Shown here one piece after another: positions 26,001-37,200 of a stretch of 64,000 bases of DNA (position 1 is the first letter of the stretch; every line of letters starts with the position of its first letter). Source of the DNA: Flaccisagitta enflata. Its lineage: Eukaryota. The notes beneath the pieces were generated by a model. That model was not told the DNA's origin, did not search any database, and was given only the letters and a program-made list of their open reading frames with translations. A program made the position numbers and the translations under genes. Location of the stretch: NCBI GenBank assembly GCA_965153355.1, contig OZ231126.1, positions 9,672,001 through 9,736,000 on the forward strand, in the 5' to 3' direction.

Positions 26001-29000
26001 TTTAGGAAAACGATTGTTGATAATCTGGTTGCTAGTGACGACGCCTCTATGCAAGAAAAACTAACGGCGTTAGTGTCTAGTAATGTCGAGGGAATGATCG
26101 AAGATACGATGTCGGTGATTGCGGGTTACGCGGAAAAAGTGTCCACTGTGGAAAAGCGCCAAAGGTTGCTCAAATTATGCAAAGGGCTGTTTCATGACAG
26201 AGATGCGAAAGAGAAGTTTGTTATGAGAGCGATCACCTCAAATGTTTTTAGAAGAGGCCGCATCAACATGGCAAATGCCATGAATCACAACGGCGGTTCT
26301 CCGTTCATCATTGTTGACGCCTTATTCTCGTGTTCCAACGACAAAGCAATTAAGAGAATTACCGACAAGTATGATTCGCGTGATATCGTCGGGGTTCTTG
26401 GTTTTATCGCCTCCAACTACAAGGAACCGGAAGAGATTCTTGCTAAATTGCGTCAGGAAAGTTGTTTCCAGCCGTGTGATGTCGTTAACAACACGCGATT
26501 CTGGGACCCCGTGAAACTTCGTCGTCTGATCGCCCTTGTTTGCCGCGTTCTGAGAATTGAACCGCCAGAAGATACGCGTCCTCTTTACATCGACGTCACA
26601 ATAGATGCGAGTATCCGTCAGTTCTTGAGCGGAAATTTGGAAGTGAGGGATTTCATTCCCATTTGCAAAAATGTTGTTGGCCACTCAGTAGGAAATTGGG
26701 ATTTGGTGCTCAGCCTCGTGCGCCGCAGCAGTGATGCACTAGCGGCCGCTGTTGCACCTTATGCCCAAAAAGAAGCTGAACCACTGGGCTATGATTTTGT
26801 ACCATCTTGTGCTTCGCCTTACAACACCAACCTCCACTCTCTTCCGCACTGCGAGGGTGATGTTGTGAATTCGACGGAAGAGGTGAAGAAGTTTGAGTCG
26901 TGTTTGCGCGACACAAATGTGTACGCTGTCGACGTGTTCGAGACAACGGACGTGGAGGACATTAGAGCGACAGTCGGACTCTGCACATTTGTCTTTAAGA
27001 ATGGAATCTTTTTCATGATGCCGCGATTGTACCCGGAACCGTTTGCCGCTGTGAAAGAAGCGCTCAGGAAAGATCGCCACCGCGTAATCAATTTGAAGTG
27101 GGAATTTGACGGCATCGCGTTTCGTAGGACTTTCGATTTTGAGCCTAAAGACGTCATCGACGTATGGACGATCGCGGAGAGACTGAACATTTCTAGGAAA
27201 TTCGATGTAATTTGCGAACGAGTCACGGTGGACCGTTCTGCCGTCGGGCATCGTTTTGTTCTGACTTTGCGCGTCCGTCAAAGAATGTCCTTGATCACAA
27301 AGCAGCCAGAACGTGTGTCGGATTTGTCTTTGGTATTGAGGAGATGAAGATAGATGAAAGGCTTGAGTATCCGGTCGAAAGGCATGCCAAGGATCTGGCG
27401 CCTTCACATTCAGACCAACAACGTGACTCTCCTCCGAGAAAGAAAGATAGGAAGGAGAAAAGGTCTGAATCACGTCGTCATGGCGATGCAGACGACGAGC
27501 GCCGCCGTTTGCGCAGACTGGAACGAGAAGAGGAAAGAGAAAGAAAATACGGGAGTGAACGCTTGAAAGAGAGGAGAAGCAGGAAGGAGAAGGAAAAGGA
27601 GGAGAAAGAGAGGGGTCGAGAAGACTCCAAGACCCGCAAAAGACGCGAGGCGTGGGAAAGAGACAGAGCAAGAGATGAGTCTATGGAACGACGCGGTTGG
27701 CGTTGCGATTATTAACTTTTTTTTTCTAACATTGCTAAATTTCATTTGTAAACTCGACATGATGTATGACATTCATTCTCTTTTTCTCTAACTCTTCCTC
27801 ATGCCTATGCTCGCCATGTCAGTAGACTGGATCGGGCCCTTTATTTTATCATGAATGTCATATCATCTTGTGTTTTTTTCGTAACTCTCGCATTTTTAAT
27901 CACTTCGCCACTTTACTCTTGTACTTTTTCGTGATTCCTGGTTTCCTCCTAAACATCGCTCAAGTTATTTTTTTTTTCTTCTTTCCGTTCTATTCTCGTC
28001 GCATTTTCTCACCTTACTCGTCACATATCTTTTCATACCAAAGTATTGATCCTCGATTTGTGTTGTTTGTTTTTGTTAATGTTTTTTTTTCCGCTTTAAA
28101 TATCCGTGTTTAGTTGATTTTCCCTATGCCCGTCATGCCTGTATGCACACAGGTACTGGGCTAGCCTACTCGCGTGATTTAATTTTTTTTTCTTGTTATT
28201 GTTGTTTGTTTGTTGTTCTTCCTTACATCGCCGACAATTTGAATTTTGTTGTTTACCTTTACAACGCCGACGGTGAGTTGACATTACGCGAAAGAGTATT
28301 TACGATCGTGATCGGAATTACGGGTTTCTTGAGTCTACGAAAGTGATATTTTTGTTATTTCCATCGACGTTACGGCTGTGATTTTGAAGCATTTAGTCTC
28401 ATTTTACGATTTGTTAACACTTTACGATTTTTGGTCAATGTTTTTTTTCTTCCAGACGAATATGTCCTCTTACTGCTTCCTGTGACTTGTTACTGCTCCC
28501 TTTTTCTTGTTTCGCTTGAGTTCCGTCGGGACGCCTTGAACAAGCGAGGGGAAGTATGTAAGAGAGGGATTTCTGATGGACATTGACAATCGATATTAAG
28601 TCTCAAAGATATATGCGTGTGGTGTATACTTTCATTATTGATGATGTTATCATTCATTCTATTAAACATTGAGTGTTATTAATTGATTACCGATTGAATA
28701 TCAATTGTTATTGATTACCCATCTGTCTCTCTTTCCATTCAGACAGATTCGGGGTCTCTGAAGGAGTGATATTCAATCGGGCCGCCTCTTATACATACTA
28801 CATCATATTCCATTTGACAGTCAGATAGCAATGAGTCCATTATCATCTATCATCGATCGCGAACATTATCAATTTGTAAAGACTCCTTGAATACGATAAA
28901 CATTGTGTATAGACTTCATGGAAACAATCGTTCACTGGAACAATCTCTGAACCTGATGCATTTGGACAATTATCCATTACACCTCATCTATGTGAGTAGG

Positions 29001-29996
29001 AGAGCATCGCAATAAGCACGGGGTGATATGCCGGCTTATAATAGTCCTCGACGTAAACTGATCGTCGAGGACAAAAAATTATCGAGATGAAGGAAGGTAG
29101 CTAGAGGAAGGAACTGAAGCAACAAGAACTGAAGCAAACGAGTGAATCACCGAGCCAGCAAGGTAACTAACACTCGAATCAAGCCATCGACTCACCAGAG
29201 ACATTTCTCCGTGGACATCCGTTTTGACGACGACGATATGAATCGGATCCTGCATGACGAGCAGTTTGGACGCCGTCGCCATTCGCGCGTCCACCACATC
29301 CGCTTCGTCATGAAGCTGCAGCAAGAAGCCTTCCTTGAGATCCGGTTCGCAGGCGCAACTCGCTGGTCGAGACCGGAAGCGCTGACCGCGGAAGAAGACG
29401 TCTAAAGTCAATGTGGAAGTGGCGTTGTTGTTGACGTTGTCATTTTCCGTGCCGACGCCGCCAATATCGCCGTTGGAATCATTCATGTATTCGATGAAAG
29501 CGCGTCCGCCCAGAAACTGCAAATACAAATGTCTTTTCTTCGGGTCGATTCTCGTTTTTGTTGGGACGCCGGAAACGCCAGATGAAACAGCGCCTAAGCG
29601 AGAGCGTTCCTCTTCTTCCGCTTGGACGCCGAGGACGCGTGGCGCCGAGAAAGACGAAACCGGAAGTGGCGCCGATTCATCCGTAGCCGACGCGAAATGG
29701 GACGCCGTTGAGTTTTTCACGTTAGAATCAAATCCTAAATCTACAAGTATCTTGTCCAATATTCCCTTTTCCTTGACGAGTGATAAAAGACGAGTTTCGT
29801 CGATTAGTTCATCAGCGACATCGCCGCTGCCGCTGCCGCCTCCTCCTCCTCCTCCCACCATCGTGGTTTCAAGTGAGTCTTTCAAAGTTGAATGCAAATC
29901 CATTTTGCGGATGTGATCGTGGATAATTTGCTTCATTTCCACCAGTTTTTCAGGCGGCAGCGCCTTGCCGCTTCCCAAGTAGTTTGTTAGCGCCAT
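5043..29996 (-). CDS. CEP76: Centrosomal protein of 76 kDa, 8 exons
   Basis: Exons 29996-29196, 10568-10221, 9732-9571, 9233-9111, 8902-8630, 6365-6179, 5602-5423 and 5239-5043, all GT-AG and in phase. Motifs: LPPEK..KQIIH, RHLYLQFLGGRAF, FRGQRFRSRP..CACEP, YAKQWWREFL, HAYLLCSLLLGFGLDAYV, HAWV..FWESLTG, YPENVVATWLMFA. Confidence 0.95.
6670..8430. mobile_element. Cluster of non-autonomous Helentron-associated (HINE/DINE-1-like) repeats, family A, in CEP76 intron 5
   Basis: Recurrent gggcagcggccccgaaggggacgaagtcc and its inverse gtccccttcggggccgctgcccaaaaa, a GTCC microsatellite and internal 20-21-bp tandem arrays. The same family occurs at 40480-40844. Confidence 0.65.
10850..11529. mobile_element. 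hAT-type MITE inserted in the 18-bp array
   Basis: TIRs caagcccgggcgattt / aaatcgcccggccttg (15/16 match). 8-bp TSD ccggctac at 10842-10849 and 11530-11537. Absent from the sister copy at 54646. Confidence 0.85.
12291..12774 (+). repeat. 5' LTR
   Basis: tgtaagagag...ccggcttata. I see 3 substitutions relative to the 3' LTR. Confidence 0.95.
12777..12786 (+). promoter_or_regulatory. Primer-binding site, probably for tRNA-Gly(GCC)
   Basis: TGGTGCATCG lies 2 nt after the LTR and is complementary to a ...CGATGCACCA tRNA 3' end, as in invertebrate tRNA-Gly(GCC). The match is only 10 nt. Confidence 0.65.
13468..15797 (+). pseudogene. Accessory ORF0 of the retrotransposon (285 aa reconstructed), unknown function, interrupted by the foldback element
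   Basis: ATG at 13468 (MNFRRRYSSDSSSSSEEQDT) is in frame with 15000-15797 once 13536-14999 and one TSD copy are removed. Confidence 0.75.
13536..14999. mobile_element. Foldback / long-TIR non-autonomous DNA transposon
   Basis: Arms 13536-14242 and 14293-14999 (707 bp each) are reverse complements around a 50-bp spacer. Perfect 8-bp TSD gtgcgagg at 13528-13535 and 15000-15007. Confidence 0.93.
16046..17527 (+). CDS. gag: Gag (493 aa)
   Basis: Located before pol. Capsid-like N-terminus (DPEEWLTRFEKA...LPMKL), then YRYPPPQD repeats and a G/S/R-rich tail. No CCHC knuckle. Confidence 0.85.
   Translation: MAERGASYIPIEDFRPDYHDPEEWLTRFEKAVELATNCQDEARLKKLYLAWLPMKLDDGTRLLLSGAVNKDNWAELKKEFKGLLITPQDKYNWRSGRKRITWDGRENFHALAARVKRTIDRYEDRPREADYYHEFRLALPRNYQQAIDLGHTAESLAEAKRIALRCQAALTGGDDGAGAAGEKSVAFVGGALSENKPRDQDRLKEVEMSLQGMSIKVDNLASELAKNAKETRVERARSPTPGPFGRQPLGAEGVSYDVGPRRQRYDSRERFNQRHQDQDRFDDDDYVYSLSQVQRDANRRSRDEQRYPPPRDYRYPPTQDYRYPPPQDYRYPPPQDYRYQPPQDYRYPPPQGYSQGGSGSYGSSPRRSGQQSYGGSSNYGSGGNRGSSPSGGRGYSPNQGRGFRSNQNRGPSPSGGQNQRPNSSQGSGRGGRTDGRPPPTAPDVSQGSQYQGMENEEQYQWFCQAVLEKEQRDARPPPSAPANQWGQDESENY
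17515..22821 (+). CDS. pol: Pol polyprotein (protease, RT, RNase H, integrase) in the -1 frame relative to gag, with one in-frame TGA at 17860-17862
   Basis: LADSG protease; DLTKGFWQ and YLDD in RT; TDAS and TDH in RNase H; H..H..CKTC, CDL, SDNG and GNVER in integrase; long low-complexity C-terminal tail. Confidence 0.95.
24102..27715 (+). CDS. Accessory ORF3: tandem DEDDy 3'-5' exonuclease-domain protein with an R/E/K-rich tail; apparent 1-nt frameshift near 27225
   Basis: Domain 1: LLGIDQE (D134/E136), VGMRKD (D203), GLKTIV, PLSYPLLQYGALD (Y309/D313). Domain 2: VYAVDVFE, WEFD, VIDV, continuing in ORF 27212-27715. Confidence 0.8.
28542..28554 (+). promoter_or_regulatory. Polypurine tract
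   Basis: aagcgaggggaag lies 2 nt before the 3' LTR. Confidence 0.75.
28557..29040 (+). repeat. 3' LTR
   Basis: 484-bp direct repeat of 12291-12774. Confidence 0.95.
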
Positions 29997-30703
29997 TTCT
30001 CGACCAGGGTCGAGTCTAAGGACGCCGATGTTAAGGGGGGAGATGGATAGGATCTGATAAAACGATAAACACCGCTAATCTAAATCAAATTTTTGGTCTT
30101 ACACGGCCAACATTGGCCAATAAAAAAAACGTTGTAAAAAGCGTGTAAACGAGTAAAAAAGCCAAAGTTAAGATTTAAAATTCAGAGGCGAAAACGCCAA
30201 TTTGCATCAACGTCGGGCGGCCTTATCTGTAAAAGCAATGCAGTTCACCCATTCCGCATCTCAGGGCAATGAATATCGGAGCATAATGCTTGGGATGCTG
30301 AACATCGTCGTTGAAACCGTAGATTTCAAGGCGTTCTAATTGAGTCAACTCGCGCTTGCAGCGGATGCTGAACGGTGGAAGCAACATGTCTTCCTCATCG
30401 CATTCCCCATTCGGTGCTGTTTTCGAATTCGGTGATGTCTTTTGTTTTACTGACTTTCTAAGCGGGTTTTTATTTAGGGTTAGGGGTAGGGTTAGGGTTA
30501 AGGTTGGGGATGGGGGTTGGTTTTAGGGTTAGGGTTAGGGTCAGAGCTATCGTTAGGGCAAGGTGAGAGCTGTGTTAGATACATTTCAACCCGAATCTAC
30601 TCGAATTAAAGCTTCGCCCAAACGGGGAAACCTGATAAAAACAAAAGATCAGTATCGTCTTCGAAATTTTTTCCCATCATTCAACTTGGCGAAAACCTCT
30701 AAG

Positions 30704-31450
30704 CAGAGGTGCCGATTCTGCAAAGCTGCCACGTAGCAAGAAAAATTGAGCCTAAGCTGCCGCACTTACGGCACAAGGCTAAGGGCTATGGTTTTCACAC
30801 TACAGACAAAAGTGAAATACAAGAAGTTAACCCCCCAAAAACTGTAGCACCCCCCCTACAGCTACAACCGCTGAATGAAGATTTGCATGTGAGATGGAGA
30901 ATAGAAGCTTATATCAATACAATTAGCCTCATCAGAGCGATTTTGGAATCTCATTCCCAGTAAAGAGTTACAGCTTAAAAACTAACTAAAATTAACACTT
31001 TTTGAATTATGCTAAAAATGCAATTTTTTACTAGTTTTTTAGCTATAACTTTTTACTGGGAATGAAATTCCAAAATCGCTCTGATGAGGCTAATTGTATT
31101 AATGTAAGCTTCCATTCCCCATCTTATACGTCTTTCTTCAATCTGCGGTTGAGGCTGTAGGGGGGGGTGCTTCAGTTTTTGGGGGGTTAACTTCTTGTAT
31201 TTCACTGTACTTTTTGTCACCCCCCACTTCCATACTACCAGATGTTGTGCTTGTTCCTATGTCATCTAAATAAGATCACTTTGACCATGACGCTAAATTT
31301 TAGCAAGAAACCGCTATTTTCCTTTCTTCCTTTTTTTTCTTTTTTTCTTTCTTTCTCTACCTTTTTTCTGTCTTCCACTTGGCCTGCCGCACTTAGGTGC
31401 TTGCCTGCCGCGTAGCATTGCTACCATGCTACACAGAATCGGCACGTCTG
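30704..31450. mobile_element. hAT-type MITE in paralog B
   Basis: TIRs cagaggtgccgattctg / cagaatcggcacgtctg. Perfect TSD cctctaag at 30696-30703 and 31451-31458. Confidence 0.9.
30811..31206. mobile_element. Palindromic MITE nested inside the hAT MITE
   Basis: agtgaaatacaagaagttaaccccccaaaaactg...cagtttttggggggttaacttcttgtatttcact; the arms pair over most of the length. Confidence 0.8.
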
Positions 31451-33121
31451 CCTCTAAGTACGTGATTGGGTCGCGATACCTATCGTATAAACTCGCCTTA
31501 TTCGAGTAATCGCGAAAATAGGACGAAAAATCGTCTTCGATCATCGGCAAATCGACCGATTCAGGATCAGGCATCTCATCTTCAAAGAGACGGAAACTGA
31601 AGATGCATTCCCTCAACTGTTTCCATCCAAAAAGAGCGGACACATCTGTCTCCCAATAAGCGTAAGAGCCAGAACGAATGCATTCTGCGATAAAACGTGG
31701 ACCGAATAAATCATCGGTTCGGTACTCAATCGACTTGAAAACTTCGATGAGTGGCAGTAGAGGGACTAGTTCCGCAAATCCGATCTTTTCAAGGAGGCGA
31801 GACCACACGATCAGGCTCGTGATGTTACGTAACGGAGTAAAAGCCGATTCCAGGAGCGAGTGCGACTCAAACGGCGAGTGAAAGCCGGTGACAGACACGC
31901 TTTGTAGCTGCCATGTTGTTGGAATCTGGCTTAAATAGCCGCTGAAGTAGGATTCATCAACCACAGCCAATTCGTAAGAGAACAAGGTTAGATGAGAGAC
32001 TTGATCCCAAAGCTGCATGACTTCAGGTAACCTGTCGGCGCAGTAAGGTCGAGAGGTGATGGAGATAGTCAAAGACTCAAGCTTCTGTTTGATTACGCCG
32101 TCAAGATTCAAAGCTTCATCGACCTCATTGTTGAAAAAATCTGAACAGTAATTGGGTCCGCGACGGAATTTTTTGCGAAAAATAAGAATTTTAATTAAAC
32201 GTTGGCGTAAAAGACAACAGATGTATGAAAAAATATAACTAACTTTTTGCATGAATGTCTTACTTTTTGAAAAATCTTTAAATTGTTGACACGGTATTGC
32301 GATAGATCAAACATATATTGACTAATGGCAGATTCGGTTTAAAATATGTGGCAATAAAAAAACTTACCAGTAAATTTTCAAAAAATACATTCAATAACAT
32401 GACAGGCAATTTTTTGACGTTGAAGGTATAAGACTTACCTTGTAATATAGATATGCAGTGAACTAAATACCCACACAATCGAGTGATATCCACAAGCATG
32501 GAGGTGGTTTGAAGATGCAGCCCATGAGTAAAGCAACTTGTTGATCATCAGAAGCATGGTAAAAGACCTCACATGAAATGAAGTAACATTTTGAGATAAT
32601 CAATTTTTGAATAAACAATAGCCAGCAGGTTGATTGCTGGATATTCAATGGGGATATTTTACACTGACAAAGAAATAATCTAGCAGGGTAACATATTGAC
32701 TACAAGGGCAAGATAAATTTAGCACTTCTAACCTTGGATGCTTACTTGAACTATGAGCATGTTATGAGGAGTGATAAGGTCGGTGTCACCAAGGAGAGAT
32801 GGTACCTGATATAAAAGAATGAATGTTTAGAAATAATTACAAATTATAAAACCAATCTGCTCAAACCTACAAAACAAGGTTTTACACAAAAATATATTGG
32901 CCTTTAAAAGAAAACCATAGCTATTATGTATTTACCTCAAGGAAAGGTCCACAATATAGGGGTCTATTATATAACCACAGGACAAGCATCTTGATAAACT
33001 CCATAAGTTGTTGAGGTTGATAAGAGGAAGTTGACGCAAGCAGATAAGGAATAAGAATGAAACAGAGCATGTGGGCAAAGATAGAAGGGAGAAAAGATGA
33101 CTTGAAAGAAAATGTGGGTTA

Positions 33122-33565
33122 GGAGCAAGGATGTCAAAGAGCAAGGATGTTGTAAGAGCAAGGATGGCGTGAGAGCAAGGATGTTGTAAGAGCGAGGATG
33201 GCGTAAGAGCGAGGATGGCGTAAGAGCGAGGATGGCGTAAGAGCAAGGATGGCGTAAGAGCAAGGATAGCGTAAGAGCAAGGATGGTGTAAGAGCAAGGA
33301 TGGCGTGAGAGCAAGGATGGCGTAAGAGCAAGAGCAAGAGAGAGCATGAGAGAGCAAGGATGGCGTAAGAGCAAGGATGGCGTAAGAGCAAGGATGGCGT
33401 AAGAGCAAAGATGGGGTAAGAGCAAGGATGGGGTAAGAGCAAGGATGGCGTAGGAGCAAGGATGGCCTAAGAGCAAGGATGGCGTAAGAGCAAGGATGGC
33501 GTAAGAGCAAGGATAGTGTAAGAGCAAGGATAGTGTAAGAGCAAGGATAGCGTAAGAGCAAGGAG
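33122..33565. repeat. 17-bp minisatellite (gagcaaggatggcgtaa) in the Helentron 3' region
   Basis: Visible tandem array. Confidence 0.9.
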
Positions 33566-33655
33566 GGCGAAGATGGAGAGAGCAATGAGAGAGCATGAGA
33601 GAGAGGGAGAGCAAAGAGAAATGTTCCGGAGGCAATCCCGGCAAGTAGCCTAAAG

Positions 33656-33918
33656 AGATACTGGAGACCATTAAGGTAACCAGTGATGTTGTCACAAGGA
33701 CAGAGCATCATAACTTCAATTTAAATTTTCCTGGATAAACCAGGGAAACAGGATTTTGTAGATACTGGAGACCATTAAGGTAACCAGTGATGTTGTCACA
33801 AGGACAGAGCATCATAACTTCAATTTAAATTTTCCTGGATAAACCAGGTAAACAGGATTTTGTAGATACTGGAGACCATTAAGGTAACCAGTGAGGTTGT
33901 CACAAGGACAGAGCATCA
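33656..33918. repeat. 104-bp tandem repeat, about 2.5 copies
   Basis: agatactggagaccattaagg at 33656, 33760 and 33864. Confidence 0.9.
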
Positions 33919-34255
33919 AACAATAATATAAATAAGACAAATATAAGATGATTAAGCAAGCACTCATACAAAAAAAAAACAAAAACAAAAAAATAAAAAA
34001 AACAAAAAAACAAATTGGCCTCCGCCAATTTAGCCCTGTCGGACAGAGTATGAGTGCCATTGCATTTTTCATAAAAACAAACTGAATGAATACTAATGAT
34101 TTCACCTATCCAGGTCTTAGGTATATGGTGATAAACAAATTTTATGCATGAAAAAAGGTGAAGAAGTGCAAATGATTTAGGGTTGAAATGAATAACGTAA
34201 CATTTTTGTTTACAAGGATTTTATCCAATGGCCTGGATAGTGTGAAAACATTAGT

Positions 34256-37200
34256 TCAGTTTTCCTTCTTCACAGACAAATAAATGGGTAAATGATCACT
34301 TTTTGTTAGTGTGTTTAATACACCAAACTGGATAAAGTTGGGGTTAATGTTGGTATAAATATGATCTAAAGTATTCTTTCTTAAATGAGTTGGGCCTGTG
34401 ATAAGTTGTTTAAGACCAAGGGTCTGCATAACTGAAGTAAATTCCTTGGGCATGTTTTCTGGGTTTTTATTAAAATCACCAAAAATGGCCATTTTGGTGA
34501 ATGGATCTGTATTTTCAAAAACTGTTGCAATCAGATTTGCTGCTCCTTTATACACATGAATAGAGCTTTCTGGCATGATGTAAAGAAAGAACAGAATTAT
34601 GTCACGAAATTGTTCATTTTCCTTATAAAAGTTTGGATATTTTGCTGTCACAATGACACCATTTTGAAGCAAGTTTTGGCCAAGATTTTGTGTTAAAGAA
34701 ATCTTTGAATACACAGCAACACTCAAAGATGGACGATCATTGCTAGAAAGATGCATACTAGGCTGACCAAATTCTTTCATTGGCATTGCCTTACCTTCTT
34801 GGAATCGCGTATCAACAATTCCAAAAATGCAACAACCTTTCACATTCCAGTCATTTTCCAGAGCAACAAGTTTCCCAATGACTGACTGGGAATTCATAAA
34901 TAATACTGAATTATATTCATCTTGCATGTCAAACAAGCAAGGCATTGTCACATCCAACTTACTATTCAAGCGTAATCTTTCCATTTCTTGTACGCATCGG
35001 ACATCATGACGAATCTTTGTTTCTGCCAGCCCTTCAGGTCCTAAAATAGAGACATTTGATTTTGAAGGACATCGTGAAAAGGCAACATAATGACAATGAG
35101 ATGTATGCCCTTTTCTATCTGAAAAGTCTACAACAATCTTTGTCAGAGTAGCACCTTGGGTTCTGTTCACAGTGCGAGCCTTGGCAGCTCGTAATGGAAA
35201 CTGTTTTCTTGTAAAATATTTGGACTTACATGGTATTGACTGACGTAAAACCGGCAACCAATTCTTGGGAATTGAACTGTCATACAAAAATTGGTAGGTT
35301 TGACGCCAAAGTCTTCCTACCCTGGCATCTTGAGGATCGACCCAAACTATGTCACCCTTGCTTGAGTTTTTTGTGTATTTTTTGGCAATGCAGGGAGTAC
35401 CATTGGTTATCCCATCATTGGTATCAAGGTTACTGGTAAAGTCATACTCATGGTCAATGGCCAAATTTAGTTTAGCAGGTAGATTCTGCACTTCCCCTCT
35501 TCCAATTGAGGCGATATTGCAATCAATGGTATCAGGAGATACAGGAGCATTTGCTGCATGTTTATCATCAGCTGGTATGACAAACCTGTTCTCAGGAGGT
35601 GCCGATAAAAACCAACTGTTATTGATTGTATCACATCTATCATTAGTTAATGTTATGTAATTAGCATCTGGAATGATTGGGCTATCTCTAGGTATGATTT
35701 GCTCACTTATGTATGTTTTATCAATATCGCCCAAAGGAGCCTCACGCAGTCTATTAAGAAATTGAGCCCATTGCTTTTCATCTCGTTGTCTCATAATTTC
35801 ATCAAGTTCAAACATCTTTATTTCTTCTTCCCAAAGATTAAAAGCCAAAGGCCGACCGTTAATTTGGGAATGAGCATCAATGCTTTGCATTTGCCATACT
35901 GGCCTACCTTTAACAGGAAGTAACTGAAACACATCCCCAACAGCCAAAACATGAACACCACCAAATGGAACATCATCCCGTTCCTTAATTCTACGTAATC
36001 TTTGATCCATATCAATCCACATTTCATTATCCACCATACTGATTTCATCACATATGAGGACTTTTAAGTCACCCAATTTGGCTTGTAACTCTGCTAACTT
36101 ACTTCCTGTAAGTTGCTCTCGCTTTTTTTGAGTGCCAAATGGCATTTTAAACAGGGTGTTAATGGTGTGACCACGAACTTGATGACTAGCCTTTCCAGTA
36201 AAGGCACACTTTACTATGTGAAGAGCTGAATGATCAAGTCCAGGAACACTGTTAAAATACCTTTTAGCTGCTTCGTACAGAACATTGACGGCAGTTGTTT
36301 TTCCAACACCAGCCCCCCCAGATAAGAACCAGAGGATTTGATCACCGTTTGATCCTTGTTTCAATCTATGTAAAAAGAAGTTGACAAATTGAAACTGCTT
36401 CTTATTCAATTTGGCAGCTTCCTTGTGAAAAAAACTTTCAGACCACTCATCATCATAATGATATGATCTTGAAAGTAAAGCACTAGGAATTCGTTCAGGC
36501 AAAGGTAAGTTCTGTTCAGCAACTTGTTGTTGCCTCACACTGTCTCCATGAGCCTGTACAACGCCAGGGGCTAAATCTGCCATAACTAAATTATCCCCAT
36601 CATCATCAGGATGTGTTGTGATATTCTCTAGACCTCGAAATTCAGATTCATACTTTGAGTAAATAGACCGTTGTTGATCGACATAGTCTTTTACTTCTTG
36701 ATAACGCTCTTTATATGTTTCAAAATTTCCTTTCAAATCAGAAATGTTGCGAAAAGGATAAAAAAGCAATAGTAGTTCACGATAATGCTCTTCTTCCTGC
36801 GTCTCAACATTAAAGTTGATGTAACGAATAATTCTTGGTTTCTTTCGTTTGCTTAAACCATTCAATTTAATACAAGAAGCCTCTGATGGAGGTTCATCAT
36901 CATCCACTTGCTCACTCTCTTTTTCTTCAGCAAATTCTTCAGAGGGGTCCATATTCCTAAGTGCTTTGTGATATGAACCCAGCCCATCATAATAAGCAAC
37001 ATATTCAGCCAAGCAAATGTTTTTCAAACTATTTGGTCTCTCCATGTACCGGTCAGTGCTGTTTTTTACAAATATGTCTGTATCTTCATCATCCATATCC
37101 ATATATTCAGATTCAGATTTACACAACTTTGCCGAGTCTTCAGCAGTAGGTATAAAGACTACTGCATTGGAACTGTTGTACAATTGGATACCCAACATAT

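Larger units (their letters stand above)
12291..29040 (+). mobile_element. Full-length Ty3/Gypsy LTR retrotransposon, 16,750 bp, with two accessory ORFs
   Basis: Two 484-bp LTRs, ATAG TSD (12287-12290, 29041-29044), primer-binding site, polypurine tract, gag, and pol in PR-RT-RH-IN order. Confidence 0.97.
10664..29078 (-). mobile_element. HINE-like element, family B, split into 10664-12290 and 29045-29078 by the Gypsy insertion
   Basis: Nearly identical to the uninterrupted copy at 54646-55813. Subterminal gtcctcgac repeats, terminal hairpin plus A-run, and an 18-bp array gacccggctactcagtct. Confidence 0.85.

Noticed and set aside
24102-27347. ORF3 as an envelope gene
   Set aside because: No obvious signal peptide or transmembrane anchor; exonuclease motifs are present instead.
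15272-27671. Antisense and alternate-frame ORFs over the Gypsy genes (e.g. 17490-18221, 21719-22591, 26739-27671)
   Set aside because: Shadow ORFs of GC-rich coding sequence with no recognisable motifs.
30473-30560. TTAGGG-like repeats as a telomere or fusion scar
   Set aside because: Short, degenerate, in one orientation only and interstitial within a gene remnant.
32932-33711. 259-aa and 242-aa ORFs with YAILALTPSLLLRHPCS repeats
   Set aside because: Translations of a stop-free 17-bp minisatellite.
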